Notes: a model not told the origin generated them from the letters alone. 60,771 nt of DNA from a bacterium (GCA_037445575.1 JBBIKH010000002.1:9509-70279); one strand, 5' to 3'. Positions 45,854-57,272 are shown, counted from the first letter of the stretch. Numbers and translations are program-made.

Positions 45854-47197
45854 ATGGAAACGACTGCGCAAGGAGTCTGGGCAGACTGCTTATCGTTGAT
45901 ACGCAGCCGCGTCAATCCTCAAAGCTTCACGACATGGTTCAAACCCATTGAACCTGTCAAACTAGAGGGGCGACAGCTCACTATCCAAGTGCCGAGCCAA
46001 TTCTTCTACGAGTGGATCGACCAGCACTACCGCATGGTGATCGAGTCCGCCCTTGCGGAGACACTCGGTGAGGGGGCGCGCATCCAGTACGCGGTGGTTG
46101 TGAGCGACAAGGAGGACCTTTTCCAAACCGCTGCCCCCCGTGAATCGGTCAAACCGGTTTCAACCAACGGCCAGCTCAGCGAACAGTACACGTTCAGCAA
46201 CTTTATCGAGGGACCATGTAACCAGTTTGCCCGGGCAGCAGCTCTGGCGGTGTCCGAGTCGCCCGGTAACACCGCATTCAATCCTCTCATCATCTACGGT
46301 GGTGCGGGCCTCGGCAAAACACACCTCATCCAGGCAATTGGCAATCACGCAATTTCCATCGGCAGCGTACGCAGACTCGCGTACGTCTCCAGCGAAAAGT
46401 TCACACTCGAGTTCATCAACTCGATACAACACAACAAGACCACGGAGTTCAGCGCCACCTACCGAAACGTCGATCTGTTGTTGGTAGACGACATCCAATT
46501 TTTCTCCAACAAGGAGCGCACACTGGAGGAGTTCTTTCACACCTTCAACTCCCTCTATCACGCCGGAAAGCAGATTGTTCTAACCTGCGATCGTCCGCCG
46601 CGAGACCTGAAGGGAATGGAGGAGAGGCTCATTTCTCGCTTTCAGTGGGGGCTCATTGTGGACATCCAGGTACCCGACTATGAGACTCGCCTGGCGATAC
46701 TCCACAAAAAGGCGGAGCAGAACGGCCTCGAGCTCGCACAGGAAATATTCGACTTTATCGCGGCCAACGTCACCATGAATATCCGCGAACTTGAGGGATC
46801 CCTGATCAAGCTCCTCGCGTACTCCTCGCTCACCAGAACCGAAATCACACTCGAGGTTGCCAAGCGGGTACTGCGCGACATCTGTGTGCAAAAGAAACAA
46901 AGCCTAACCGTGGAACAGGTGCAGCGCGTGGTCGCCCAGCATTTTGGTATACCCGAGGATATGATGCGCGCAAAGACTCGGCGCAAGGAGATTGCCCTAG
47001 CCCGCCAAGTGGCTATGTACTTAGCAAAGGTCTACACTAATAACTCGCTAAAAACCATAGGACTGCACTTTGGAGGAAGAGATCACAGTACCGTTATTCA
47101 TGCTCTTAATCTCGTTGAGAAACTCCGGGCGAGAGATGAGCGCTTCAGGGAGACCATCGACGAAATCGCCCAACAAATCAGGCTCTCCTCAGCATAG
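45854..47197 (+). CDS. dnaA: Chromosomal replication initiator protein DnaA
   Basis: 447 aa. Contains W......I........F.TWF.P, AAA+ Walker A GGAGLGKTHL, Walker B LLLVDDIQF, NIRELEG and the C-terminal DNA-binding helix (IALARQVAMYL...SLK.IG..FGGRDHSTV.HA). Confidence 0.97.
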   Translation: METTAQGVWADCLSLIRSRVNPQSFTTWFKPIEPVKLEGRQLTIQVPSQFFYEWIDQHYRMVIESALAETLGEGARIQYAVVVSDKEDLFQTAAPRESVKPVSTNGQLSEQYTFSNFIEGPCNQFARAAALAVSESPGNTAFNPLIIYGGAGLGKTHLIQAIGNHAISIGSVRRLAYVSSEKFTLEFINSIQHNKTTEFSATYRNVDLLLVDDIQFFSNKERTLEEFFHTFNSLYHAGKQIVLTCDRPPRDLKGMEERLISRFQWGLIVDIQVPDYETRLAILHKKAEQNGLELAQEIFDFIAANVTMNIRELEGSLIKLLAYSSLTRTEITLEVAKRVLRDICVQKKQSLTVEQVQRVVAQHFGIPEDMMRAKTRRKEIALARQVAMYLAKVYTNNSLKTIGLHFGGRDHSTVIHALNLVEKLRARDERFRETIDEIAQQIRLSSA

Positions 47198-47515
47198 ATG
47201 GGAGCAAGCACGCGCACAAAGGTGGGAAGGCGCTGTGGATAGGCCGTTGGCAGCGGACGGCGGTTTTTCTAACTTTTCACCTATCTACCTACCACCCTAG
47301 TAGGCCAACCAATATTCACACCTCAGTCACATACAATGTTAATATCCAGTCCAAAAGCCCTTCTTACAAAACAATACTATAGGCAGAAGGAAATACCCCT
47401 GTCAACATACCCACAGCATTTACAATAACAGTTATAAATTTCTTCTTGAAAACTACCTAAATATTATTTACCTTTGGCCAACGTGTAGCACAACACATTT
47501 GTCTCGGAGGGAAAG
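47198..47515. other. AT-rich dnaA-dnaN spacer; possible second oriC half or DNA-unwinding element
   Basis: 318 bp with no ORF. It has a DnaA box (1 mismatch) at its 5' end, a GC-rich clamp (GCCGTTGGCAGCGGACGGCGG), then about 230 bp that is strongly AT-rich relative to the window. Confidence 0.55.
47234..47242 (-). promoter_or_regulatory. DnaA box, 1 mismatch
   Basis: TGTGGATAG on the plus strand (CTATCCACA on the minus strand), in the same orientation as the three upstream boxes. Confidence 0.6.
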
Positions 47516-48637
47516 ATGGAAATAGCAGTTAATCGCCACGAGCTTCACAAAGCTCTGCAGAAGGTCATCACCGCTGTGCCTTCAAAGACTACCCTTCCTA
47601 TACTGACGAATGTTTTGCTAAAAGTCGAAGGCAAGAAAGTGTCGATTACCGGCACTGATTTGGAAATATCTGTTGAAACTATGGTTACCGCTGACGTGAT
47701 TGAAGAAGGTTCAACCACGGTCTCAGCGCGTACGTTCAACGATATTGTGAGAGAGCTTCCAGATGTTGGACTGCGCCTTACTTCTGATGAACATCACAAA
47801 GTCACAATTACAACCGATAGAGGTACGTACTCTCTTGTAGGACAATCTCCTGATGATTATCCGACGGTAACTGTTGAGGAGTATGAAAATAGATTTGAAA
47901 TTGAGGCTGACATATTCAACCGTTTGGTACAGAGGAGTTCCTTTGCTGTATCTACTGATGCACTCCGACCGGCGCTTTCAGGGGTGTATTTTGAGCTATT
48001 CCCGTCTGAATTAAGGATGGTGGCTACGGACGGGCATCGCCTTTCCAAAGTGGTGTATCGGAAAGAAAATCTAAGCGGCGGTGAAAGCAAAGTAATTGTT
48101 CCACCAAAGGCGTTGGTGGCGGTGCAACGGGCCATAGAGGATGGTATAAATGTGGTAGGAGTGGCGGTTGCAAAAAACCATATCCTTTTCAAGTCTGATA
48201 GAACGGAAATATGTGCCAAACTTATCGATCAGCAGTACCCGAGCTATGAGCGGGTTATTCCTACCAACAACGACAAAATCCTTATTGCTGATCGCGAGGG
48301 GCTTATTTCCGCGCTTCGCAGGGTGGCCATCTTCTCAAGTTCCATGACGCGCCAGGTTAGGTTTGATCTGCAAGAAAACACCTTAATAATTAGCTCTGAG
48401 GATGTGGAATTGGGAGGTGAGGGGAGAGAGGTGCTTTCGGTTGAATACGTGGGAACTCCTCTGAAGATCGGATACAACGCCAACTACTTAGTGGAAATAC
48501 TTCGGTACGTTGACACAGATTTTGCTCGATTTGAGCTTCGGGATCCGGTCAGCGCGGCTATCATTCGGCCCACGGAACATAAGGAGAATGAGGAGTTTCT
48601 GGCGCTTGTGATGCCGATCAGGCTCACCGAAGAATAA
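47516..48637 (+). CDS. dnaN: DNA polymerase III beta sliding clamp
   Basis: 373 aa with a typical three-domain clamp pattern: L.....V......K.T.PIL.NVLL....K.V.ITGTDLEIS, then LRPALSGVYFE......L..VATDGHRL, then YPSYERVIP, and a C-terminal PIRL. The gene order is dnaA-dnaN-recF. Confidence 0.95.
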   Translation: MEIAVNRHELHKALQKVITAVPSKTTLPILTNVLLKVEGKKVSITGTDLEISVETMVTADVIEEGSTTVSARTFNDIVRELPDVGLRLTSDEHHKVTITTDRGTYSLVGQSPDDYPTVTVEEYENRFEIEADIFNRLVQRSSFAVSTDALRPALSGVYFELFPSELRMVATDGHRLSKVVYRKENLSGGESKVIVPPKALVAVQRAIEDGINVVGVAVAKNHILFKSDRTEICAKLIDQQYPSYERVIPTNNDKILIADREGLISALRRVAIFSSSMTRQVRFDLQENTLIISSEDVELGGEGREVLSVEYVGTPLKIGYNANYLVEILRYVDTDFARFELRDPVSAAIIRPTEHKENEEFLALVMPIRLTEE

Positions 48638-48665
48638 TGTGGTTGGGCCTGCTGAACGTCGTCTA

Positions 48666-49781
48666 ATGTGGTTAAGGGAGCTATTCCTTGAAAACTTTTG
48701 TAACTTTGCGAGTGCGTCCATTGCGTTTGGGCGAGGAATAAACGTACTGTTCGGTGAAAATGCGCAGGGTAAGAGCAACCTTGTAGATGCAATCTCGTAC
48801 CTGGCTCTAATGCGTGGTGTAAGGGGCCTCTCGGACGTAAGTGTGGTGAGGTTTGGGACGCGGGGGTTCGTAGTTCGGGGGGTTTTTGCTTTTGGGGCCG
48901 GAGTAGAACGAGAGTGTCGCATCGAGTATACTCTGGAGGCAGGTAAACGGTGCGCGATAGATGGTGACACTTCAGTCCGGAGGGCCGAGCTTCTTGGGCA
49001 TTTTCCAATTGTCGTTATGTCTGGGGATGACTACCGAATAACCTGGGGTGGGCCATGCGAGCGTCGCCGTTTTATGGATCTCTTCTTGTGCCAAGCCAGC
49101 ATGCGCTATCTGGACGATTTGCGCCGATATACTGCGACGCTGAGGCAACGAAATGCGCTCCTCCGAGGGCAGGTGGAGCATGGCTCCGGTCAGATGTCCG
49201 CGTGGACGGAGCAACTTGTGGAGTACGGAACCAGACTTATGGCGGCACGATCCAACTTTGTAGCTGCCATTGGTAAGCTCTTGAATTCGTATTTCAGCAC
49301 AATAGTCGGCACGGACCGTGCAATCACGGTCACCTACGTGCCCAGCGTGCGCCAGGATCAGACCAAGACCATCCGAGAGGCGTTCTTGCATCGTCTCAAC
49401 GGCATGGCTGCTCGGGAGAAGGAACTCGGGGTGACTCTGGTGGGTCCCCACCGGGACGACATAGCAATAAAGGTAGACGGGCGGGACCTTCGCCAGTTTG
49501 GCTCACGGGGTGACCACAAGGCGGTGCTCATCTCTCTGCGTTTGGCAGAGCACGCGCTCCTGCGAGAACTTCGAGGTGAAATTCCTCTTTTTCTCATGGA
49601 TGACCTCCTTGTGGATCTCGATCATAAGCGAAGCGCAAACCTTGCGAGGCTGTTCCCCGAGGCCACTCAGGTTATTTTCACGACCACGGGACCAGAAGCG
49701 TGGCGCATAATGGGCTTGGAAGCAGGATCTTTTCAATACTTTGTTGTTCACGAAGGCCAAGTAGCAGAGGCGAGGGTCTAG
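48666..49781 (+). CDS. recF: DNA replication and repair protein RecF
   Basis: MWLRELFLENFCNF....I.F..GINVLFGENAQGKSNLVDAI (Walker A), an SMC-like signature region and Walker B FLMDDLLVDLD. The internal ATG at 48666 is preferred over the track start at 48639. Confidence 0.9.
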   Translation: MWLRELFLENFCNFASASIAFGRGINVLFGENAQGKSNLVDAISYLALMRGVRGLSDVSVVRFGTRGFVVRGVFAFGAGVERECRIEYTLEAGKRCAIDGDTSVRRAELLGHFPIVVMSGDDYRITWGGPCERRRFMDLFLCQASMRYLDDLRRYTATLRQRNALLRGQVEHGSGQMSAWTEQLVEYGTRLMAARSNFVAAIGKLLNSYFSTIVGTDRAITVTYVPSVRQDQTKTIREAFLHRLNGMAAREKELGVTLVGPHRDDIAIKVDGRDLRQFGSRGDHKAVLISLRLAEHALLRELRGEIPLFLMDDLLVDLDHKRSANLARLFPEATQVIFTTTGPEAWRIMGLEAGSFQYFVVHEGQVAEARV

Positions 49782-49783
49782 CG

Positions 49784-50068
49784 ATGCGGCACCCGGCTCC
49801 GATGGCTAAGGTCTTGGACCAGTTGCTCCGAAATCTGGGAATTGAGCATCGGGTTAAGGAGCACATGGCTCTCGCCGTTTGGCAAGAGGCGGTGGGAGCA
49901 CAGATTGCTGCTGTGGCGACCCCGACGCGCATCCGCGATGGGGTCCTGTTCGTGCGCGTGAGGAGCAGCGTCTGGCGCAACGAACTCCTGTTTCACAAAG
50001 GGGCAATTCTCGCAAAGCTGAACGGGCTCATCGGGAAGTCGGTGGTAGAAGATATTCGCTTCCAATAG
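49784..50068 (+). CDS. DUF721-family protein (the family that includes DciA-type helicase operators)
   Basis: 94 aa from the ATG at 49784, 2 nt after the recF stop. The sequence VLDQLLRNLGIEHRVKEHMALAVWQEAVGAQIAAVATPTRIRDGVLFVRVRSSVWRNELLFHKGAILAKLNGLIGKSVVEDIRF is the DUF721 pattern, in its usual recF-gyrB position. Confidence 0.75.
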   Translation: MRHPAPMAKVLDQLLRNLGIEHRVKEHMALAVWQEAVGAQIAAVATPTRIRDGVLFVRVRSSVWRNELLFHKGAILAKLNGLIGKSVVEDIRFQ

Positions 50069-52015
<1,947 letters not shown>

Positions 52016-52041
52016 CACTTCTCGACCGGGACTGAGCAATC

Positions 52042-54462
52042 ATGGCGACCGCGCAACAGGAAAAGGTTTACCCGATCTTCATTGAAGAGGAGATGAAGGA
52101 CTCGTACATCGATTATTCGATGTCGGTCATCGTCTCCCGGGCGCTGCCGGATGTGCGAGATGGCCTCAAACCGGTGCACCGGCGCGTGTTGTTTGGCATG
52201 CGCGAGTTGAATCTGGGCCCAAACGCGCCTTACAAAAAGAGCGCCAGGATCGTGGGTGAAGTGCTGGGCAAGTACCATCCCCATGGCGATGCCGCCGTCT
52301 ACGAGACGCTGGTGAGAATGGCGCAGGACTTTTCGCTGCGCTACCCGCTGGTGGACGGGCAGGGGAACTTTGGCTCCATTGACGGGGATGCACCGGCGGC
52401 CATGCGCTACACCGAAGCGCGCCTGGCACCGATCGCCGAGGAAGTGCTCCGGGACCTGGACAAGGACACGGTCGACTTTGTCCCCAACTTTGACGAGTCC
52501 CTGCGCGAACCGTCGGTGTTGCCTTCTCTTCTGCCCAATCTGCTGGTGAATGGCGCATCGGGCATTGCGGTCGGGATGGCAACCAACATCCCTCCGCACA
52601 ACTTGCGCGAGGTAGTGGAGGCGCTCCTGCACCTGATCGACCGGCCCTCGGCGACGGTAGAGGAGTTGATGCAGTTCATTCAGGGGCCGGATTTTCCCAC
52701 CGGGGCCATCATTGTTGGCAGTGAGGGGATCAGAGAAGCCTATACCACGGGCCGCGGGCGCATCATAGTGCGAGCCAGGGCCAGCATCGAGACGCAGCGG
52801 GGTGGGCGCGAGAGCATCGTCATCTCCGAGATTCCCTATCAGGTCAACAAGACCACCTTGATCGAGGCAATTGCAGAGCTGGTGCGCACGCGCAAAGTGG
52901 AAGGGATCAGCGACGTCCGGGACGAATCAGATCGCGAAGGGCTGCGCATCGTGCTGGAATTGCGGCGGGAGGCGCCAGCAAAACAGATCCTCGAGTACCT
53001 TTACCGCCATACCCAAATGCAGAGCACCTTTGGCGTTATCATGCTGGCGCTGGTGGACGGTGTTCCCCGGGTCCTGGACTTGCGGCAATTGCTCCAACAC
53101 TTTCTTGAGTTTCGCCATGAGGTGGTGGTGCGCCGCACAAAATTCGAGCTGGACAAGGCGGAGAAGCGGGCGCACGTGCTGGAAGGGCTCAAGATCGCAC
53201 TGGACAACCTGGATGCAGTGATCGCCCTCATCAGGCGGTCGCGCGACCCGGAGAGCGCCGCCGCCGGGCTGATGAAGCAGTTTCGCCTCAGCGAAATTCA
53301 GGCGCAGGCCATCCTTGATATGCGCCTGCAGCGCCTCACCAGCTTAGAACGGAAGAAGATCGAAGAAGAATACCGGCAGATTCTCAAGAAGATCGCCTAT
53401 TTGAAGAGCCTCCTGGCCAGTAAGGCACGGCGTATGCAGCTCATCAAAGAGGAGCTGGCAGAGCTCCGGGACCGTTACGGCGACCGACGCCGCACAGAGG
53501 TGGTGCAGAGCGCCGCGGAATTCTCCATCGAGGAGATGGTGGCGGAAGAGGCGATGGTGGTCGTGGTCTCCCAGCGCGGCTTTGCGAAACGGATGCCGGG
53601 GTCCGCCTTTACGAGGGAGATGGCAGCAGCGTGGCCCTCGATTGTGCCGGAAGGGGCGGACGACGCCCCCGCCCAGTTCTTGACCACTGGTACGCAAGGG
53701 CATCTCCTCTGTTTTACCAGTGGAGGGCGTTGCTACTCGCTTAAGGTTGTGGATATCCCGGTAGGGGGAAAGCTGGCGCAAGGCAAGCTCCTCCGCCATC
53801 TGCTGGGCGTGGGCAAGCAAGAGCACGTCGTCGGCTGCGTGGCGCCACAAGATTCCGACCAGAAGCAGAGCATAGTGCTGGTCACTGCGCATGGGCAGGT
53901 GAAGAGGGTTGCAGTGGCGGCTTTTGCCGGCCTGCGGCGGAGCGGAGCGGTGGCGGTGAGTCTCCGCCAAGGGGATGAGCTCCTTGCGGCGCATCTCTGC
54001 CAAGGCAACGAGCACCTATTCCTGCTCACCGCCCAGGGGCGCGTGCTCCGTTTCCCGGTGGCCGGGGTGCGCGAAATGGGCCGCGGCGCTACTGGGGTGC
54101 GGGGAATTTCATTAGGGACTGACGACGTGGTGGTGTCCAGCTTTCTGGCTACCGGTGAGCCGCAGGTGCTGATGGTGACCGAGCGGGGTTATGCCCGGGT
54201 CCTGAAGGGCAAGGAAATCCGGCCCATGAATCGTGCGACCAAGGGGGTCTCAGCCATGAAAACTTCCCCACGCACAGGGCAGGTGCGAGCAGGTGGGTGT
54301 ATCCGCGAGCAGACCGACTTGATTGTAGTGAGGGGTGAGGAGAATCACGTACTCTGGCGCACTGCGGCTGAGCTGAAGCAGCAAGGGAGGCTCATCGACC
54401 TGAAGGGCGAGGAGCGCGTGCAGGGAGTATCGGTGCTTTCGCTCCCTCGCGGAGTAGCTTGA
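52042..54462 (+). CDS. gyrA: DNA gyrase subunit A
   Basis: 806 aa. Contains [47 protein letters not shown] and the active-site region [10 protein letters not shown]. The C-terminal beta-pinwheel repeats are present. Confidence 0.97.
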   Translation: MATAQQEKVYPIFIEEEMKDSYIDYSMSVIVSRALPDVRDGLKPVHRRVLFGMRELNLGPNAPYKKSARIVGEVLGKYHPHGDAAVYETLVRMAQDFSLRYPLVDGQGNFGSIDGDAPAAMRYTEARLAPIAEEVLRDLDKDTVDFVPNFDESLREPSVLPSLLPNLLVNGASGIAVGMATNIPPHNLREVVEALLHLIDRPSATVEELMQFIQGPDFPTGAIIVGSEGIREAYTTGRGRIIVRARASIETQRGGRESIVISEIPYQVNKTTLIEAIAELVRTRKVEGISDVRDESDREGLRIVLELRREAPAKQILEYLYRHTQMQSTFGVIMLALVDGVPRVLDLRQLLQHFLEFRHEVVVRRTKFELDKAEKRAHVLEGLKIALDNLDAVIALIRRSRDPESAAAGLMKQFRLSEIQAQAILDMRLQRLTSLERKKIEEEYRQILKKIAYLKSLLASKARRMQLIKEELAELRDRYGDRRRTEVVQSAAEFSIEEMVAEEAMVVVVSQRGFAKRMPGSAFTREMAAAWPSIVPEGADDAPAQFLTTGTQGHLLCFTSGGRCYSLKVVDIPVGGKLAQGKLLRHLLGVGKQEHVVGCVAPQDSDQKQSIVLVTAHGQVKRVAVAAFAGLRRSGAVAVSLRQGDELLAAHLCQGNEHLFLLTAQGRVLRFPVAGVREMGRGATGVRGISLGTDDVVVSSFLATGEPQVLMVTERGYARVLKGKEIRPMNRATKGVSAMKTSPRTGQVRAGGCIREQTDLIVVRGEENHVLWRTAAELKQQGRLIDLKGEERVQGVSVLSLPRGVA

Positions 54463-54493
54463 GCACCCGGCGGCGGTACAGCGGAGAACAGAC

Positions 54494-55822
54494 GTGGACT
54501 CAGGACTTTGGCAGCAAGAAAAAGCGTTGATCTCCGACCTGCTGGTGCGGCGCATCATTGGCCAAGAGGACAAGGAGACCTTTACCTATGATGAGCTGCT
54601 CCGCAGACCGCTGCCGGAGTTCTTGCGCCTGCACCTCAAGAGCCAGGCCCGCCGCTTCCTGCAGGAAGAAAAGCCCGTGTCATGGAACCCCTCCGCGCGG
54701 TATAGGTTTGACGAGCCGGAGGTGCGGGAAGCCATCGAGCGGGTGCTGGGCTTGCTCCTGTTGAAGACGCGTTTCAGTCGTGCCGAGATCAAGCGCTGGG
54801 TAGAGCTCGGGGTCAACTTCCAGGTGGACATCCTCGTTCGGCCGCGCCAGGCGCTGCTGAACCTCTTTTTCCGGCGGCAGCAGGTGCGGAGCAGAGAGGA
54901 AATTGTCCACACCCTCGAACAACTGGCCGAGGGGCGCCCCTACCTGACTGCGCTGGCACAGTTGGTCATGCAGGGACCAGAAACCATAGACGCTCCCACC
55001 TTTGAGCGATTGACCGCCAGGGCGGAGGAACAGACGTACGGCTCCCGGCCTCTGGCGTCCTTCATGAGCGATGTGGCCAAGCTGGAGGACTTTTTTCGTC
55101 TGTCAGGGCAGACCAACGGCGAGGTAGTACGTACCGAGCAGCTGATGAGTATGCTGCGCGAGCGCAATTTGCCCGACATCGCCGAGGGGATCGCAGAGTT
55201 GGCAGCTGCCCGCAAGACGAGCCATTGGACGCTAGCCGAAATCGAGACGGCCCTGGAACGGCAATTGCTGCTCCGCGGTCTGCGCGAGGAGGACAACGGC
55301 AGCGACGAGGAGGCCGCCCCGGCGGGAAACGGCCGCGCAGAGGTGCACGGGGAGAGCAGGCCAGACCAGCTCCTCATGGAGGCCATCCACGATGCGCGCG
55401 CCGCCATGGGCGACGGTGGCCTGCTCGAGGGCCTCTTCACATCTCCTGCTCCGCCCCAACCCAGGCGTGAACCACCCCCGCGACGGGCCACGGCGCCTCG
55501 TCTCACCTTCGCCGGAGTGGAAGAGGAAGACAGGTTTGTCATCGACCGCGCCACGATCGAACGTCAGCCTCCTGGGCCATACCCCCCTCTGCGCAGCTTG
55601 ATCAGCAACAAAGAGCGCAAGATGTTCATAAAGAAGTTGTTCAACAACGACCGTGGCGCCTACCACGCCTTCATCGACAGGCTGGAGGCCATCGAGCGGT
55701 GGAAAGAAGCCAAAGCGGTGATCGATGCTGAACTGGCGCGGCGGCAGATTAGCCCGTTCTGCCGCGAGGCAATGCGCCTCGGAGACATTGTCTTTAGCCG
55801 CTACTTTTCCAAGAAGCCATAG
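54494..55822 (+). CDS. Hypothetical protein (442 aa)
   Basis: GTG start 31 nt after gyrA. It is a coding-like, mostly helical sequence with an acidic/Pro-rich linker. The C-terminal block looks conserved (KERKMFIKKLFNNDRGAYHAFIDRLEAIERWKEAKAVIDAEL). I recognise no family. Confidence 0.55.
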   Translation: MDSGLWQQEKALISDLLVRRIIGQEDKETFTYDELLRRPLPEFLRLHLKSQARRFLQEEKPVSWNPSARYRFDEPEVREAIERVLGLLLLKTRFSRAEIKRWVELGVNFQVDILVRPRQALLNLFFRRQQVRSREEIVHTLEQLAEGRPYLTALAQLVMQGPETIDAPTFERLTARAEEQTYGSRPLASFMSDVAKLEDFFRLSGQTNGEVVRTEQLMSMLRERNLPDIAEGIAELAAARKTSHWTLAEIETALERQLLLRGLREEDNGSDEEAAPAGNGRAEVHGESRPDQLLMEAIHDARAAMGDGGLLEGLFTSPAPPQPRREPPPRRATAPRLTFAGVEEEDRFVIDRATIERQPPGPYPPLRSLISNKERKMFIKKLFNNDRGAYHAFIDRLEAIERWKEAKAVIDAELARRQISPFCREAMRLGDIVFSRYFSKKP

Positions 55823-55852
55823 TTGACCCACCGTCACTGGAGGGAGTCAGTC

Positions 55853-56644
55853 ATGCAAAAGAGGTCCGCAGGGAGGATCATCGCCCTCTCTATTATACTC
55901 GCGATGGGGACAGGGGTGATCGCTCTCGTCGCCAGGGCGCCGGTGCCCGAGGAAGTGAGTACCAAGGGGCGCGTGGCGCATGTGGAGGGGATGGCCAAGC
56001 GCCGTGGGCTGCAGTCGGAGGACTGGGAGAACGCCTACCAGAACACCGCGGTGATCGACGGGGACAAAGTGCGTACCTTCCGCCAGTCGCGTGCGGAGCT
56101 GGAGCTAACGGAGCTGGACCTGGTGCGCATGGCGCCACAGACTACCATCGACATTCTCCGCTTGTATGAGGAGAAGAAGGCGCAAAAGCGTACGGTGGCT
56201 ATTGCGGTCCAAGAGGGGGACATTTGGGCAAGCGTGGATGGGGAAGTGGGGGAGGTGGACTTTAAGATCAAGACGCCCAAGGCGGCCGCGGCCATTACCG
56301 GGACCACGGTGCGGGTGGGGGTGGCCAGCGATTCCACCACCGAGCTGCGGGTCTACAAAGGCCAGGTGAGCGTGACCAACGCTCCTGAGCGCACTGACCT
56401 GAAGCCGCAGTTCATTCTGCCGCCGCAGGAGGTGCCTGCCCCTTATGAAGTTCCTGGCCCGCATGAGGTTTCGCTGGAGGAGTGGTTTTACATCGTCAAG
56501 AGCATGCAGAAGATAAAGATCGACCGCGCAGGGCGGGTAGTCGCGGCGGGCAGCTTCAGTTCCAGTGACCCTGAAGAGCAGAGCGAATGGGTGCGGTGGA
56601 ACCTCCGTCGCGACCGCCAGCGAGGTATGCAGCCGCAGCGGTAA
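55853..56644 (+). CDS. FecR-domain-like membrane-anchored protein
   Basis: The ATG at 55853 has GGAGGGAG upstream. One TM segment (IIALSIILAMGTGVIALVA) is followed by a beta-rich region: G.V..VEG.......W..A...T.I..GD.VRT...S.AEL.L......VR.AP.T...I, then I.V..G..W......., then F.I.T...AA.I.GT...V, then L.V..G.V.V. This resembles FecR/PF04773-type domains. Confidence 0.55.
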   Translation: MQKRSAGRIIALSIILAMGTGVIALVARAPVPEEVSTKGRVAHVEGMAKRRGLQSEDWENAYQNTAVIDGDKVRTFRQSRAELELTELDLVRMAPQTTIDILRLYEEKKAQKRTVAIAVQEGDIWASVDGEVGEVDFKIKTPKAAAAITGTTVRVGVASDSTTELRVYKGQVSVTNAPERTDLKPQFILPPQEVPAPYEVPGPHEVSLEEWFYIVKSMQKIKIDRAGRVVAAGSFSSSDPEEQSEWVRWNLRRDRQRGMQPQR

Positions 56645-57163
56645 GGGGGGCCCGGGCGGCTGCAGGAGGTACTACAGGGGTAGGGGCTTCGCTACTCGTT
56701 ACTGCAGTGGCGGGCTCTGTTTCATCGGCCCAGCCAGGTCGAATCCAGGCGCATAGCCGTGTGGGTCCTCCTGCATTTCAAGAGTCATGTTTTCGGCACT
56801 CTCCAAGCTCGGGGATAGATTCTGGCCGAGCGGCGGCAAGCGGGCAGGTGCAGCGAATGCGCCCGTGGAGAGGCGCATCTGCCGAGAGCCAGAAAAGTAG
56901 CCAAAGCCCCGCCTGGGTTCGGAATTCAGCCTGAGCGCTCACCCCTGTGGTCGGATGTTTCCAGGAGGGCGCTGACGGGCTGTGCCGAGTGTCTACTCGT
57001 GGACGGCGAATGGTGCGCAAATCCCGCGTTCTTCGCAGACCAGACCTCGAGGGTTGGGGAGCCCACGGCGGACCCCCCTATGAAAGTCCCCATTGCGTCA
57101 AGGAGCTACAGGGCGTAGCCGAGCCTTCCCCAAGTGCCCCGCAGAGAAAGGGCATTTTCCCTA

Positions 57164-57193
57164 TTGACAATGATGATGCCGAGATGTTACATT
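57164..57193 (+). promoter_or_regulatory. Candidate promoter for the helicase-nuclease gene
   Basis: TTGACA (57164-57169), an 18 nt spacer, then TACATT (57188-57193), about 80 nt upstream of the ATG at 57273. GGAG lies 8 nt before that ATG. Confidence 0.45.
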
Positions 57194-57272
57194 AGGCACA
57201 GTCGGATCCGCTGCGTCGACCCCGCCCAAGGGCCGGGGGAAAACGGGAGGTGACCCTTCAGGAGATGGACAC

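Noticed and set aside
56730-56760. GGAUUCGAC (minus strand) / GGUCGAAUCC (plus strand), which resembles a tRNA or tmRNA T-loop or 5' motif.
   Set aside because: The flanking bases form a direct repeat, not an inverted one, so there is no T-stem. A minus-strand tmRNA would lie inside the FecR-like ORF.
57075-57095. A GAAAGUCC motif reminiscent of the RNase P RNA P4 strand.
   Set aside because: None of the other universally conserved RNase P RNA blocks are present on either strand (GGUAAGGGUGAAA-type, ACAGAACCCGGCUUA-type). An RNA starting here would run into the helicase ORF.
56811-57100. A tmRNA-like 5' end (GGGGAUAGAUUCUGGCCGAGCGG), a possible tag ORF ending ...NSA-UGA, and a UUCGGAA loop.
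   Set aside because: - No 3' acceptor strand complementary to GGGGAUA is present.
- There is no ...UCCACCA end.
- The 'T-arm' is weak and relies on G-U pairs.
- The tag end is atypical.
- I could not build a tRNA-like domain.
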